Assembly (NCBI RefSeq): GCF_006345805.1
Contig: NW_021833644.1
Location: forward strand, 1-57,313
Length of the DNA stretch: 57,313 nt
From: Octopus sinensis
Lineage: Eukaryota
Direction: 5' to 3'
Positions 37,591 through 50,292 of this stretch are shown here, in pieces. Made by a program: the position numbers and the translations under genes. Within the stretch, counting starts at the first letter, position 1; each line of letters starts with the position of its first letter. Under the pieces are notes generated by a model. It did no database searches. It had not been told where the DNA came from and was given only the letters and a program-made list of their open reading frames with translations.

Positions 37591-38455
37591 CCTTTTGTTA
37601 CCACATTTCTGTTGAATTACTCACCATCTGTTCTAATTACTTTTTAAAATAATGAAGAATTAAGTAAAATATCTTTGTCATTATTAACCCTTTTCTTACC
37701 ATACTTCTTTTAATAAACTAATTTCCAAATTATTAAGTTGATGTTTCGAACACAAATTAGCCCTTTCGTTACAGTATTTCTATTGAGACGCTCTGTGGTT
37801 CTTTCAATTAATTTTAGATATAACAAAGAATTTAGTAAAATAACTTAGTTATCATAGGCAGATAGACATTAGAAGCAGTTGGAAGGGTGAGGATTGAAAG
37901 AAATTTATGCTATTATTTCTAGCATATAGAGTGACCACATTGAGGTTTCCTTCTCTCATGTTTTCTGCCGATTATTTTTCTTCTTAACCATTTTGTTACC
38001 ATATTTCTGTTGAGATGCTCTGTGTATTTTTCAATTAATTTTTGAATGAAGAATTTGACCATATATTTAGATCATTGTGATTTTCGTCACTGCATGTCGA
38101 AATTTAAAAAAAAATTTTTAAATACATCATATCGATGTAATTTTTGACCACCAAATCCGAATTTTTTTATACATTTATTCCAGAAAAAATTTCTGATAAT
38201 ATTACAGATATGTTTCTTTATTACCCACAAGGGGCTAAACACAGAGGGGACAAACAAGGACAGATAAAGGTATTAAGTCGATTACATCAACCCCAGTGCG
38301 TAACTGGTACTTGATTTGTCGACCCCGAAAGGATGAAAGGCAAAGTCAACCTCGACTGAATTTGAACTCAGAACGTACCGGCAGATGAAATACTGCTAAG
38401 CATTTCACCCGGCGCACTAACGTGTCTGCCAGCTCACCACCTTTTGTTACAGATA

Positions 38456-38870
38456 TAGTAAAGATTATTTGCAAACATAACATGGCAGTCCTGGTTTAGG
38501 ATGAATGTTGCTGTAATTTAGCCCAAGAGACATCGTCTCCAGCTGGCTATACAACACGATCTGTATCCTTATATTTTTGAACAAGGGAATCTATGCTGAT
38601 GAAGGGAAATCACCCAGAAATCGTGATACACAGATATTGTTGTGAGCTGAGTGGGGGGTGCTAGACTCCCTTGTTCTATGAGCTGAGTGGGGGTGCTAGA
38701 CTCCCTTGTTCGATGAGCTGAGTGGGGGTGCTAGATTCCCTTGTTTGAAACTATAATGACACAGATCATGTTATATAGCCAGCTGGAGACGATGTCTCCT
38801 GGGGTTAAATTACAGCAATATTCGTCCTAAACCAGGACTGCCATGTTATGTTGGCAAACAATCTTTACTA
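38456..38870. mobile_element. Foldback/MITE-like element with ~138-bp inverted arms and a 3x ~35-bp internal repeat
   Basis: 38456-38593 reverse-complements 38732-38870. Confidence 0.9.
38589..38635 (+). ncRNA. Minimal type I hammerhead motif at the centre of the foldback
   Basis: AUCUAUG-CUGAUGA-A-GGG(AAAUCA)CCC-A-GAAA-UCGUGA-UA-CACAGAU. Confidence 0.65.
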
Positions 38871-40177
38871 CAAAGTACTCTTGCTGAATATCTCTCATTG
38901 TGAGATTTAAAAATAGTAATTTTCTTATGTTACACATGTTCAAAGTTTGATAATTTTCAGAATTTCCAGCCAATCAGAAAACAGCACATTTGCTGCCTCT
39001 TCTATTAACAGGAAGGCGGGGGAGACACAGTGGCATGTCACAACATTAAACTAGCTACAGTAAACAGTAAAAAATCGTTAAAACATTCGTGACGTTCCAA
39101 CGAAATATCTTTTTGGAGAGATGCAGACACATTGCAGCATCTCTGTTGGCAATGCCAGTAAAATTCCCCATGAATTATTATTATTTTATTTCTTGGGATG
39201 ACCTTCCCTAGAAATTTTTTTCTTGAAACTGTTCTAAAATGTCTAAATAGTTCTAGAGAAGAATTCCTTCTATTATGAAAGCAAACAATTATAGAACACG
39301 TGGTGGTTGCACTCCTTGTGTGCATGCACAGCATTTTTGGTTACTATGGAAACTGAGTTCTTTGCCATGGTGATGTGTAAAATACTCGTTTCTGATTGGC
39401 TAAAATACCCAAATTTTACAAATTTTAAAGATTAATAACTTTTTAATTTTGAACTTATAGGGAAAATGAATTTCATTTTCATAATTAGTATAAAAAACTT
39501 AATCTACACTTGCGTCAGAAATTAATTAGCACTTCTCAAATTTCTACATTAAATAGGTTAAATCAATTAACCTATGAGCTGTTCAAAACGTCTTACGCGA
39601 TGAGAAAACTTAGTATGGTGTGATTTCGGTCCTTGCGAGGCGCTACCTATATTAAACAAAGGAAGATTTGTCTGCATCCGCACTCCAATTTGTTGCACTG
39701 CTATGTCAACATCATAAGGCTGTAGACTCTCAAACTGCTCTGCAAACAAAGTTACGTCATCGTTCTGCGCAACAGTGAACTCGCAACAAAGCAATAGTTC
39801 GAGATATGGCCACTAGGTGACAGCACATACCTTGAGTGAAGAGCAAATCAAAGGTGCTAATTAATTTCTGACGGTAGTGTATATACCAAATTTGAAAATA
39901 ATTGGAATGAAATCATAAACAGTGATGAAAACCCACAAAGATCCAAATATTTTTGTCATTATGAGCACTTTTGTTGCCATATTTATGTTGAAATACATTG
40001 TTTTTGTTGCCATATTTATGTTGAAATACATTGCTTTTGTTTTAATCAATTTTGAAAATGACGAAGACTTTAATAGAAAAACTATGAGATCATTAAAGCA
40101 GGGTTTGAAACATAAATTGATATGAAATTTTGGTTGAAGTTTTAAATTTAGATCACTTTAACATTTTTGTTACCATA

Positions 40178-40578
40178 GGCGCAGGTGTGGCTGTGTGGTA
40201 AGTAGCTTGCTAACCAACCACATGGTTCCGGGTTCAGTCCCACTGCTTGGCATCTTGGGCAAGTGTCTTCTGCTATAGCCCCGGGCTGACCAATGCCTTG
40301 TGAGTGGATTTGGTAGACGGAAACTGAAAGAAGCCTGTCGTATATATGTATGTATATATATATATAAGTGTGTGTGTATATGTTTGTCCCCCTAGCATTG
40401 CTTGACAACTGATGCTGGTGTGTTTACGTCCCCGTCACTTAGCGGTTCGGCAAAAGAGACCGATAGAATAAGTACTGGGCTTACAAAGAATAAGTCCCGG
40501 GGTCGATTTGCCCGACTAAAGGCGGTGCTCCAGCATGGCCGCAGTCAAATGACTGAAACAAGTAAAAGAGTAAAAGAG
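40178..40578 (+). mobile_element. SINE family A, full length
   Basis: Matches the other copies. Confidence 0.9.
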
Positions 40579-41929
40579 ATATATATTCTGAAATACATTG
40601 TTTTTGTTTCAAAGAATTTAATAAACTAATTTCCAAATTATTAAGTTGATGTTTGGAACACAAATTAGCCCTTTCGTTACAGTATTTCTATTGAGACGTT
40701 CTGTGTTTCTTTCAATTAATTTTAGATATAACAAAGAATTTAGTAAAATAACTTAGTTATCATAGGCAGATGGACATTAGAGGCAGTTGAAAGGGTGTAG
40801 ATTGAAAGAAATTTAGGCTATTATTTCTAGGACATAGAGTGACCACATTAAGGTCTCCTTCTCTCATGTCTTCTGCTGATTATTTTTCAATTAATTTTAA
40901 ATATAACAAAGTATTTAGTAAAATAACTTAATTATCATTAAGCTAGTGTTAAGAACATAAATTGCAACTAAGGTTTGGAGAAAGATTTTAATTCATAACT
41001 TATGAAAACAAGACATTTGTACTTCAGAGCCAGAGGTAGTTTCAGCTGGATTGGTATTGAAAGGGTTAAAAACACTTCTACATTAGAAGCAGTTGAAAGG
41101 GTGTGGATTGAAAGAAATTTAGGCTATTATTTCTAGCATATAGAGTGACCACATTGAGGTCTCCTTCTCTCATGTTTTCTGCTGATTATTTTTCTTCTTA
41201 ACCATTTTGTTACCATATTTCTGTTGAGATGATCTGTGTGTTTTTCAATTAATTTTAAATATAAAGAATTTAGTAAAATAACTTAATTATCATTAAGCTA
41301 GTGTTAAGAACATAAATTGCGACTAAGGTTTGGAGGAAGATTTTAATTCAGAACTTATGAAAACAAGACATTTGTACTTCAGAGCCAGAGGTAGTTTCAG
41401 CTGGATTGGTATTGAAAGGGTTAAAAACACTTCTACATTTGAGACCTGTAGAATAAAGACCTCTACAAAAGAGACCGATAGAATAAGTACTAGGCTTACA
41501 AAGAATAAGTCCTGGGCTCAATTTCTCTGACTAAAGTGCCTCAGGGAAGTGCTCCAGCATGGCTGCAGTCAAATGACTGAAACAGCTAAGAGAGTAACTG
41601 CAGTGTGCATTACACAGTATGCATGCACAACACTAACATGCAAGGTAATTGAAAGACTGGGAAAAAAAAAGCCCCCCAAAAAACTATGCGTAAACTAATT
41701 GAAAAATCCTTGAGATGTGCTATGGTAATTAAGCTTTTAAAATTATCTATATAAATAATTGACATTTATTCTGTGCAATTAACTATTAAGCTTATATTTT
41801 TTAACATTTTTTGTAATTAAGAATAAAAATAAATTGGCAAAGCATTAGGTAGATCATTAAACCAGTTGACACTGTGTGTGTATCTATACAGACACAGCCA
41901 TACTTCCAGATACACACACACACATATAT

Positions 41930-42730
41930 ATCATCATCATCATCGTTTAACGACCGTTCTCCATGCTAGCATGGGTTGGACGGTTCGACCGGGGATCTGG
42001 GAAGCCAGAAGGCTGCACCAGGCTCCGGTCTTATCTGGCAATGTTTCTACAGCTGGATGCCCTTCCTAACGCCAACCACTCCGCGAGTGTAGTGGGTGCT
42101 TTTTACGTGCCACCTGCACTGGTGCCAGGCGAGGCTGGCATTGGCCACGGTCGGATTGGTGCATTTTACGTGCCACCTGCACAGAAGCCAGTCGAGGCTG
42201 CACTGGCTTCGGCCACGATTCTGATGGTGCTTTTTACGTGCCACCGACACGGAAGCCAGTCGAGGTGGCGCTGGCATTGGCCACGATTCGGACAGTGCTT
42301 TTTACGTATCTCCAGTCCAGGGGTCCTGGCATCTGCTGGATATATATATATATATATACACACATAACATCATTTGTACATTCACATATATATGTATACT
42401 TATAACACACACATATATATCATCATCATCATCGTTTAACGTCCGCTTTCCATGCTAGCATGGGTTGGATGAATGACTGAGGGCTAGCGAACCAGATGGC
42501 TGCACCAGGCTCCAATCTGATCTGGCAGAGTTTCTACAGCTGGATGTCCTTCCTAACGCCAAACACTCCGAGAGTGTAGGGGGTGCTTTTACGTGCCATC
42601 GGCACGGGGGCCAGTCAGATGGTTCTGGCAATGACCTCGCTTGAATGTTTTTACACATGCCACCAACACAAGTGCCAGTAATGCGCCGCTGGTAAGGATC
42701 ACGCTTGAATGGTGCCTTTTACATACCACT
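41930..42730 (-). mobile_element. Two 3' fragments of a (GAT)n-tailed retroposon family D; others at 16598-16706, 25190-25437, 44005-44280 and 48495-49135
   Basis: Shared tail CCATGCTAGCATGGAAA..GGACGTTAAACGATGATGATG and internal GGTGCTTTTACGTGCCACC subrepeats. Confidence 0.8.
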
Positions 42731-42815
42731 GGGGCTGGTTTTTCTGTTTCCATGGCAATATAACAATACTCCCTATGAAAGGGACACCCATCTGTGACAG
42801 AGTTGCTTATTTACA

Positions 42816-42860
<45 letters not shown>

Positions 42861-43121
42861 TTATTTGTTTCAGTCATTTGACTGCGGCCATGCTGGAGCG
42901 GTGCCTTTAGTCGAACAAATTGACCCAGGACTTTTCTTTGTAAGCCTATTCTATCAGTCTCCTTTGTTGAACTGTTAAGTCACGGGGATGCAAGCACCAA
43001 CATTGGTTGTCATATATATATACAAAAAAAAAAAAGGAGCACTCTGTCGGTTATGACAAAGAGGGTCCCAGCTGATACAATCAACGGAACAGTTGTCATT
43101 TGTCAGGATGACGTAATCATC

Positions 43122-43157
<36 letters not shown>

Positions 43158-44286
43158 GTATATATATATATATATGTGTGTGTGTGTATGTATATATATA
43201 TGTATATATATATACATATATATATGTATGTATGTATATATATGTATATATATACATACATATATACATACACACACATATATATGTATATATATACATA
43301 CACACATATATATGTATATATATCCATATATACATACACACACATATATATATATATATACATACACACACATATATATATATACATATATATATATGTG
43401 TGTGTATGTATATATATATATATGTGTGTATGTGTGTATGTATGTATATATATATATATATGTGTATATATATATATATATCCATATATGTGTGTGTGTA
43501 TATATGTATATATTATATATATATATATATTTATTTCGTCATCATTTAATGTCTGCTTTCCATGCTGGTATGAGTTGGATGGTTTAACTGAAAGCTGGCC
43601 AGGAAGAAGACTGCACCAGACATTAGTGTCTGTTTGGTAGGGTTTTCACCCTTCCTAACACCAACCAGAGTAGACTGAGTGCCTTTTATGTGGCACCAGC
43701 AAGGTTTGTCTTAGGATGCTTTTTACAGCTGGATGCCCTTCCAAATGCCCACCACCTAACAGTGTGGGTTGGATGCTGTTTACATGGCATCAACACTGGC
43801 AGAGTTTCCAAGTATCTTGCAAAACAAAGATCTTCTGAAGGCAGGAGGAGTTTTGGAGGAGGTGGGTTTGTTCCAGGTAATAAAAGTGTGTGTGTGTATG
43901 TATGTATATATATATATATATATAATATTATATTATATTAAATTAGAGATAAAACCACTATTAGGCAAAGTTTGTATTTATTCCCTAATATTATTATTAT
44001 ATTTGCCAGCCTCGCCTGGCCCTCGTGCTGGTGGCACATAAAAAGCACCATCCGTTCGTGGCCGTTTGCCAGCTCTGTCTGGCACCAGTGCGGGTGGCAC
44101 GTAAAAAGCACCCACTACACTCACGGAGTGGTTGGCGTTAGGAAGGGCATCCAGCCGTAGAAACACTGCCAGATTTAACTGGGCCTGATGAAGCCTTCTG
44201 GCTTCACAGACCCCAGTAGAACCGTCCAACCCATGCTAGCATGGAAAACGGACGCTAAACGACGATGATGATGATGATGACACACA

Positions 44287-44840
44287 CACAGACATGCAGG
44301 AAGTAAATAGACACCTTTAATTTTCAAAATTTCTTATCTAAGCATCTTAATATGTTTTCAGCAGTGTAGAATTTACAATGTAATTATACTTTTTTATTCC
44401 AGGTGCCATTATATTAAACATTTGCAAAGAGTAACGATGCCACACACAAAAAATTCAGCACAAATGTCAGATTTTCAAAGAGGTTGTATTGTTGGGCAAT
44501 CTGAGGCTGGTCTTAGCCAGCGAAAAATTGCCGAAAATCTTCAAATTCCTCTTGCTACTGTTAATAGAATTATAGGGCAATTCAAAATCCCTGGCAGCCG
44601 AAGTGGGCCCTTGGAAAGGAAGCTTTGATGTTTGAAGAGAATTGTAGAAAACAAACCCTGTTCGAAGGCTTCTGACATTGCAAAACAGCTAGAAGTTAGT
44701 CCAAGAACGTGTGTTACATATCTGCATAAGCTTGGGTATTATGGACGAGCAGCTAGAAGAAAACCTCTCCTTCAACCAATTAATATCAAATAAAAGATTT
44801 TGAAAATTAAAGGTGTCTATTTACTTCCTGCATGTCTGTG
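44287..44840 (+). mobile_element. Internally deleted Tc1-family element (554 bp) retaining only the DNA-binding region
   Basis: ~44-bp TIRs CACAGACATGCAGGAAGTAAATAGACACCTTTAATTTTCAAAAT. Frame 44437-44793 reads MPHTKNSAQMSDFQRGCIVG...SQRKIAENL...YYGRAARRKPLL, with one TGA. Confidence 0.9.
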
Positions 44841-44874
44841 TATATATCTTTGTTCCAGGTAATAAAAGTTTGAA

Positions 44875-45499
44875 CTAATAGTGTGTGTGTGTCTATATAA
44901 AAAATAAAAATAAATTGTGAGAGCTAAGAAAGAATTGAACTCACTGTCTACATTGAAAAGTTTTCTAAAGTGGTGTGTGTGTATAAAAGAAAAAATTTGT
45001 ACTTACTAAGAATTGAACTTCCGCTGTGTAGGTTGATACTCTTTCTAAGTTTCCTGTCTTTACCCACACAACCACCAAGACACCCACACTAAAATTACTA
45101 AAATTTTAATATACTTAAATCTATCCCAGCAAAAGTTCAACCATGAAAATAGGTTTAAATATCTCATAAATACCTCCACTATTGGGCCCCTGCCAGGTGG
45201 GGGGAGTGGATTAGGATGTTGGACTGGAGAGCTGGGGGATAGAGGTTCAATACCTGTTGGAGGGTGGTAGAGATCCTGGGTCCAGGTAGATCCACTCCCC
45301 CAGGGAGCTAAGAAAGAGCATCAACCTACACAGCAGAAGTTCAATTCTTAGTATGAACAATTTTTGAATTTTTTATATATACACACACACTTCAGAAAAT
45401 TTTTCAATGTAGACAGAGTGAGATCAATTCTTTCTTAGCTCTCACAATTTAAAAAAATTTTTTATATAGATACACACACACACACACACACTTTATTAG
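44875..45499. repeat. Foldback element with ~180-200-bp inverted arms
   Basis: 44875-45056 reverse-complements 45301-45499. Confidence 0.85.
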
Positions 45500-45540
45500 T
45501 ACTTTTAAGTCATTTTATTTCCGTGTTCCTCTACACAAAC

Positions 45541-46015
45541 ACAGAGCGAATACTGAAAAGTTCTTGGCTTTGAGGGTAGTGCTGTTACCACCACAGTACA
45601 AGTTACTCAAAAATATGAAATCATGATGGTATACAATATCTTTCTCTTTCTTGCAGATTTAACACATAATGGCAACTTCTCCAATAGATTTTGGTAAAAT
45701 TAATGCACGGGTGGTCATGATGTTCTTCTTTTTTCAAGGCAAAGGGACAACAGAAATCCATGGCAAGACGAAGGAAGTCTTGAAGGATGGCTGTCCATCT
45801 TACTCCACAGTGAAAATCTAGGCATCGAGGTAACAGACTAGTCATTTTGACACCACAGATGACCCCTAGTCAGGACAGTCAGCTTTCACAATTGCAGAGG
45901 ATAAAGATGATTCAGTGCACGTCATAATTCTCAAGGACTGACAGATTTCAGCTGATGCCATTAGCCGAAACTCTGAGAATTTCCTGTAAAAGACTTTGCC
46001 ATATCATCCACAATA
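45541..46015 (+). pseudogene. Old mariner 5' remnant (N-terminal transposase with several stops)
   Basis: From ATG 45669: ARVVMMFFFFQGKGTTEIH...CPSYSTVK...DDP*SG...AETLRIS, which parallels the N-terminus of the 11115 transposase. Confidence 0.75.
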
Positions 46016-46199
46016 TTCCTTTCTTATCATTCTCTCTCCCTTTTGTTTTTCCTCTTAATCCTCTCAATCAATGAGTGGTAGGCTCAAAACATAAGAGGGA
46101 TTTCCATTCTCCCTGAGCGTTAAACTGTTACACCTGCTTGTTGTTCCCTCCACCTGCCTTTGTCTTGTTTTCTGTGAATGTGAACTATATATATATATG

Positions 46200-46525
46200 T
46201 GGCTCAGTGGTTAGAGCGTCGAGCTTACGATCGTGAGGTTGTGAGCTCGAATCCCGGACCGGGCTGCATGTTGTGTTCTTGAGCAAGACACTTTATTTCA
46301 CGTTGCTCCAGTTCACTCAGCTGTAGAAATGAGTTGCGATGTCTCTGGTGCCAAGCTGTATCGGCCCTTGCCTTTCCCTTAGACAACATCGGTGTCGTGG
46401 AGAGGGGAGGCCGGTATGCATGGGCGACTGCTGGTCTTCCATAAAAACAACCTTGCCCAGACTTGTGCCTCAGGGGGTAACTCTCTAGGTGCAAACCCAT
46501 GGACATTGTCTGACCGAAGGGGGTC
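46200..46525 (+). mobile_element. tRNA-derived SINE with a CORE-like central domain
   Basis: TGGCTCAGTGGTTAG A box, TCGAATCCC B box, then TTCTTGAGCAAGACACTT. Confidence 0.75.
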
Positions 46526-46997
46526 ATTCATTCATATATAAATATAAATTAAATTAGAGATAAAACCACTATCAGGCAAATCAAACAGTGAAAAACATAA
46601 ACCAAAACAAAAAATAAAAATAATTAATATAATTTACAAAATATATAAAATTTAAATTATTTAAATTTAAAATTATTAATTAATTAATTTTTTTTTTTAA
46701 TAATTATATATAACTATCAAAAACACCCATGTTTCCAGAGGAGAATTATTCAAACCCCAAAGAATCCCTCTCAACACATGGCTATGATGCTCCCCTCTGC
46801 TCGTGATCAGAGATGCACATATTGTCAGCCACCAAGGGACATGGTCCACTGGTTAAGGTCAAACAACTGACAAGCAAATCTGTGGTATTGAGCAGAATAT
46901 TTGCTGTAGGCCATCTTTTATACCAAGGCAAAACAATGTACATAATAGCATTTCCAATCTATTATTATTATTATTATTATAATCACATCATTATTAA

Positions 46998-47925
46998 GAA
47001 GGGTTCCACAATGCTTTGCACTCATCACTAGCATCCCAATTTGTGGAAACTATGCACTGCCCTTACATCTGAGGAGGGATTAAACCAGACAAAAATTGCA
47101 CACGTTCGACGTGGAGGAACAACAACAAAAAAAGACCTATCAAATTACTGATGCACGACTGAAGAAATTAGTTCAGGAATATCAAAATGAAAATCCTCTG
47201 CAATTTTTAAGAAGTATTACACACAATTTCTCATAAGAAATTTTTTCAAGTAAAATAAAATTTCTTATCCTTACTCTATTTCACAATGTACTCACTGTTA
47301 TTTTTTTTTATCCTATTGTTATAATAAAATGTGTGTGAAAATTCAATCTTTTCTTCCATTATCTCAAATTATATTATTTTTGAAATTTTGTGATGAGTCT
47401 TTTTCATAGATTCTTGCTCAATGGGAGAACATTAACCCTTTCGTTACTGTATTTATTTTGAGATGCTCTGTGTTTCTTTCAATTACTTTATAATGAAGAA
47501 TTTAGTAAAATAACTTAGTTATCATTCATCTAGTGTTAGGAACATAAATTGTGACTAAGGTTTGGTGGAAGATTTTAATTCAAAACTTTTGAAAACAAAA
47601 CATTTGTACTCACAGCCAGAAGTAGTTTCAGCCGGATTGGTATTGAAAGGGTTAAATTGATCCCATCTCAATTCAAGTAGATTATAAAGATTATCTTCTA
47701 TCTCACTTTCAGACTCTCTCTCTCTCTCTTCTTAAGACTTGAGAGATAGACAGATTAAATAAGATAGGTAATGACCTACGGTCTAGAGAAACTGACCACA
47801 GTGATTATTAGCGGGTGGATATATACCGTGGTGGAACTTACCTATGGTGAAATTTACCTATGGTGGAATATACCGTGGTGAAATATACCGTGGTGAAATT
47901 TACCTGGTGGAATTTACCTAGAACC
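46998..47925 (+). mobile_element. 3' end of a MULE (Mutator/Phantom-like) transposon
   Basis: Frameshifted EGFHNAL...HPNLWKL...DARLKKLVQEY...LQFLRSITHNF* (to 47236); 15-16-bp subterminal repeats GTGGTGAAATTTACC at 47815-47920 ending CTAGAACC. Confidence 0.75.
47436..47651. mobile_element. piggyBac-type MITE (TTAA target) nested in the MULE; related copies at ~41200-41424 and ~55250-55463
   Basis: TTAA|CCCTTTC...GAAAGGG|TTAA. Confidence 0.85.
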
Positions 47926-49198
47926 TATTCTTTACATTCTACCTTTGGTTTATTGTCATTTATTTATGAGTTTTATAAAATTTATTGGTAAAATATTTTT
48001 CTGGGAACAAATTACGATTTATAACATTACTACTATGGGAAATTATTGCTCTGCTTTACAAGTTTTCGTTTTACAAGCTGTCTTCGAGAACAAATTAACT
48101 CGTATATATTGAGGCATCACTGTATTAAGCAGCATTCCTTTTCTCTCTGGGAAAAAACAATGCATCAGAACACAGGACTTGGTGCCAGTCCTGCTTCTCT
48201 GTTCAAAGATTTGAGCAAGGTTAGCACCAACATTGGGACCAACTTCATGCAGGCCTAAATGCACGCTGGCAAAATGCTGCTCATGTAAATGGAAATCTTA
48301 TTTGTCATTGTGGTTTTGTGGCAGGCAACAAAGCAGGCCTTGCCGTTCACTCAGAAAACATGGAATAAATGACCCATAAGCTCTTGGGCAAACTGAGTCC
48401 TCAATTTGCTTCATTTGCTAAAAGTTGGCAAGGCACCACCAAGCCTCAAGGGGCACATTCGTGTCTACAGAACATGATTAACACTGCCTGAGCTAGTAGG
48501 GTGCCAAGAGCGCCATCCGAGCGTGATCGTTGCCAGAGCGGCTAACTGGCTTCCATGCTGGTGGCACATAAAAGGGCACCATTCGAGCGTGGTGATGACA
48601 AGTGACCGAGACCTTTGGAGATATGCTGCGCTTGAGAAGACCTGGTAAGCAAAGAGGGACCGTAACTGTGGCCTTAGCCAGTGCAGTATAACCAGCCCAT
48701 TTAATAAGACTACCCTTCAATCATTGGGCAATAAACTGCTTGTGAAGACCTGTTGAGTCAAGTGAAGTCGTTATTGTGGCCGATGCCAGTACCGCCTGAT
48801 TGGCACCCATGCTGGTCGCTCATAAAAAGTACCATTTGAGCATGGTCAATGCCAGTGTTTCTTGAGTGGCTCCCATGCCAGCAGCACGTAAAGAGCACCA
48901 TTCAAGCATGGTCAATGCCGGTACCACCTGACTGGCCCCTGTGCCGGTGGTACGTAAAAAGCACCCACTATACTCTTGGAGTGGTTGGCATTAGGAAGGG
49001 CATCCAACTGTAGAAACCTTTCCAGATCAGATTAGAGCTCGAGGCAGCCTTCTGGCTTGCCAGTCCTCAGTCAAACCATCCAACCCATGCCAGCATGGAA
49101 AACGGATGTTAAACAACGATGATGATGATGATGATATATATATATGGTGCTATTAAGTTAGACATGGCCTGGGCCAATAATGGCCGAAACCTATCAAA

Positions 49199-49227
<29 letters not shown>

Positions 49228-49236
<9 letters not shown>

Positions 49237-49607
49237 GACAGTTTGTCTGTCTGTGTGTCTGTCAGGTTGTACCCTCACCCTGACCACAGCTTTCAACCGA
49301 TTCTGATGAAACTTGACACACACATAGCCCAATGTCATAATTCAAAACTAACGCAGCGAAAATTTTGAAAAGCTCCCCCAGTTCTGAAAAACATCGATAA
49401 ATTCGACATCTAAGCTTTTTATATGCAACACATTTTCCGTCGGGAGACAGCTAGGAACATCGTATACACAGAAGTATTCGAGTGAAGAAAAGACATTGCA
49501 ACCTACACATGCGTCTTTGTTCCCTAGAGGGAAAGGACTAGATTGGGATTAGTCGTTGCCTACTAGGGGCTCTTACATACCCGGGCAACGCCGGGCTATG
49601 CTGCTAG
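49228..49607 (+). mobile_element. Non-autonomous Helitron-like element
   Basis: 3' hairpin CCCGGGCAACGCCGGG then CTAG|T; (GTCT)n near the 5' end. Confidence 0.75.
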
Positions 49608-49839
49608 TATATATATATTATCACTAGAGGCCTTCATGTTCCATGTGTCCCTTCCTGCTATACATATGTCCCTTCTTTTACAGTGTATACCAAGAATACT
49701 CACTTCCTTTCTTCCACTATTTTTTTTTTTCACTTTTTAAAGTTTTTTCATTTTTATTTTTTATCATTTCATTATATGTAAAACCTGACACTTTGTCTTT
49801 GTATTGTCCCCCTCATCCTTCACCCTTTTGGCAAATAAA

Positions 49840-50109
49840 TGATATTATTATTATTACCACTATTATCATTATTATTACTATCATTATCATTACTACTATT
49901 ATTATGACTATTATTACTATTACTATTATTATTATTATTATCATTATTATCATTACTATTACTATTATTATTACTATTATTATTACTATTATTATTATTA
50001 TTATTATTATTATTTTTATTATTGCTATTATTATTATTATTTTTATTATTTCTATTATTATTATTATTTTTATTATTTCTATTATTATTTTTTTTATTTT
50101 TATTATTTC

Positions 50110-50154
<45 letters not shown>

Positions 50155-50244
50155 TATTTTTATTATTATTACTATCATTATTATTTTTATTATTGCTATT
50201 ATTATTATTATTATTATTGCTATTATTATTATTATTATTATTTC

Positions 50245-50292
<48 letters not shown>

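Noticed and set aside
44184-44205. CUGAUGA followed by an AGCC/GGCU hairpin
   Set aside because: No GAAA box; it is a point variant of the family-D retroposon tail.
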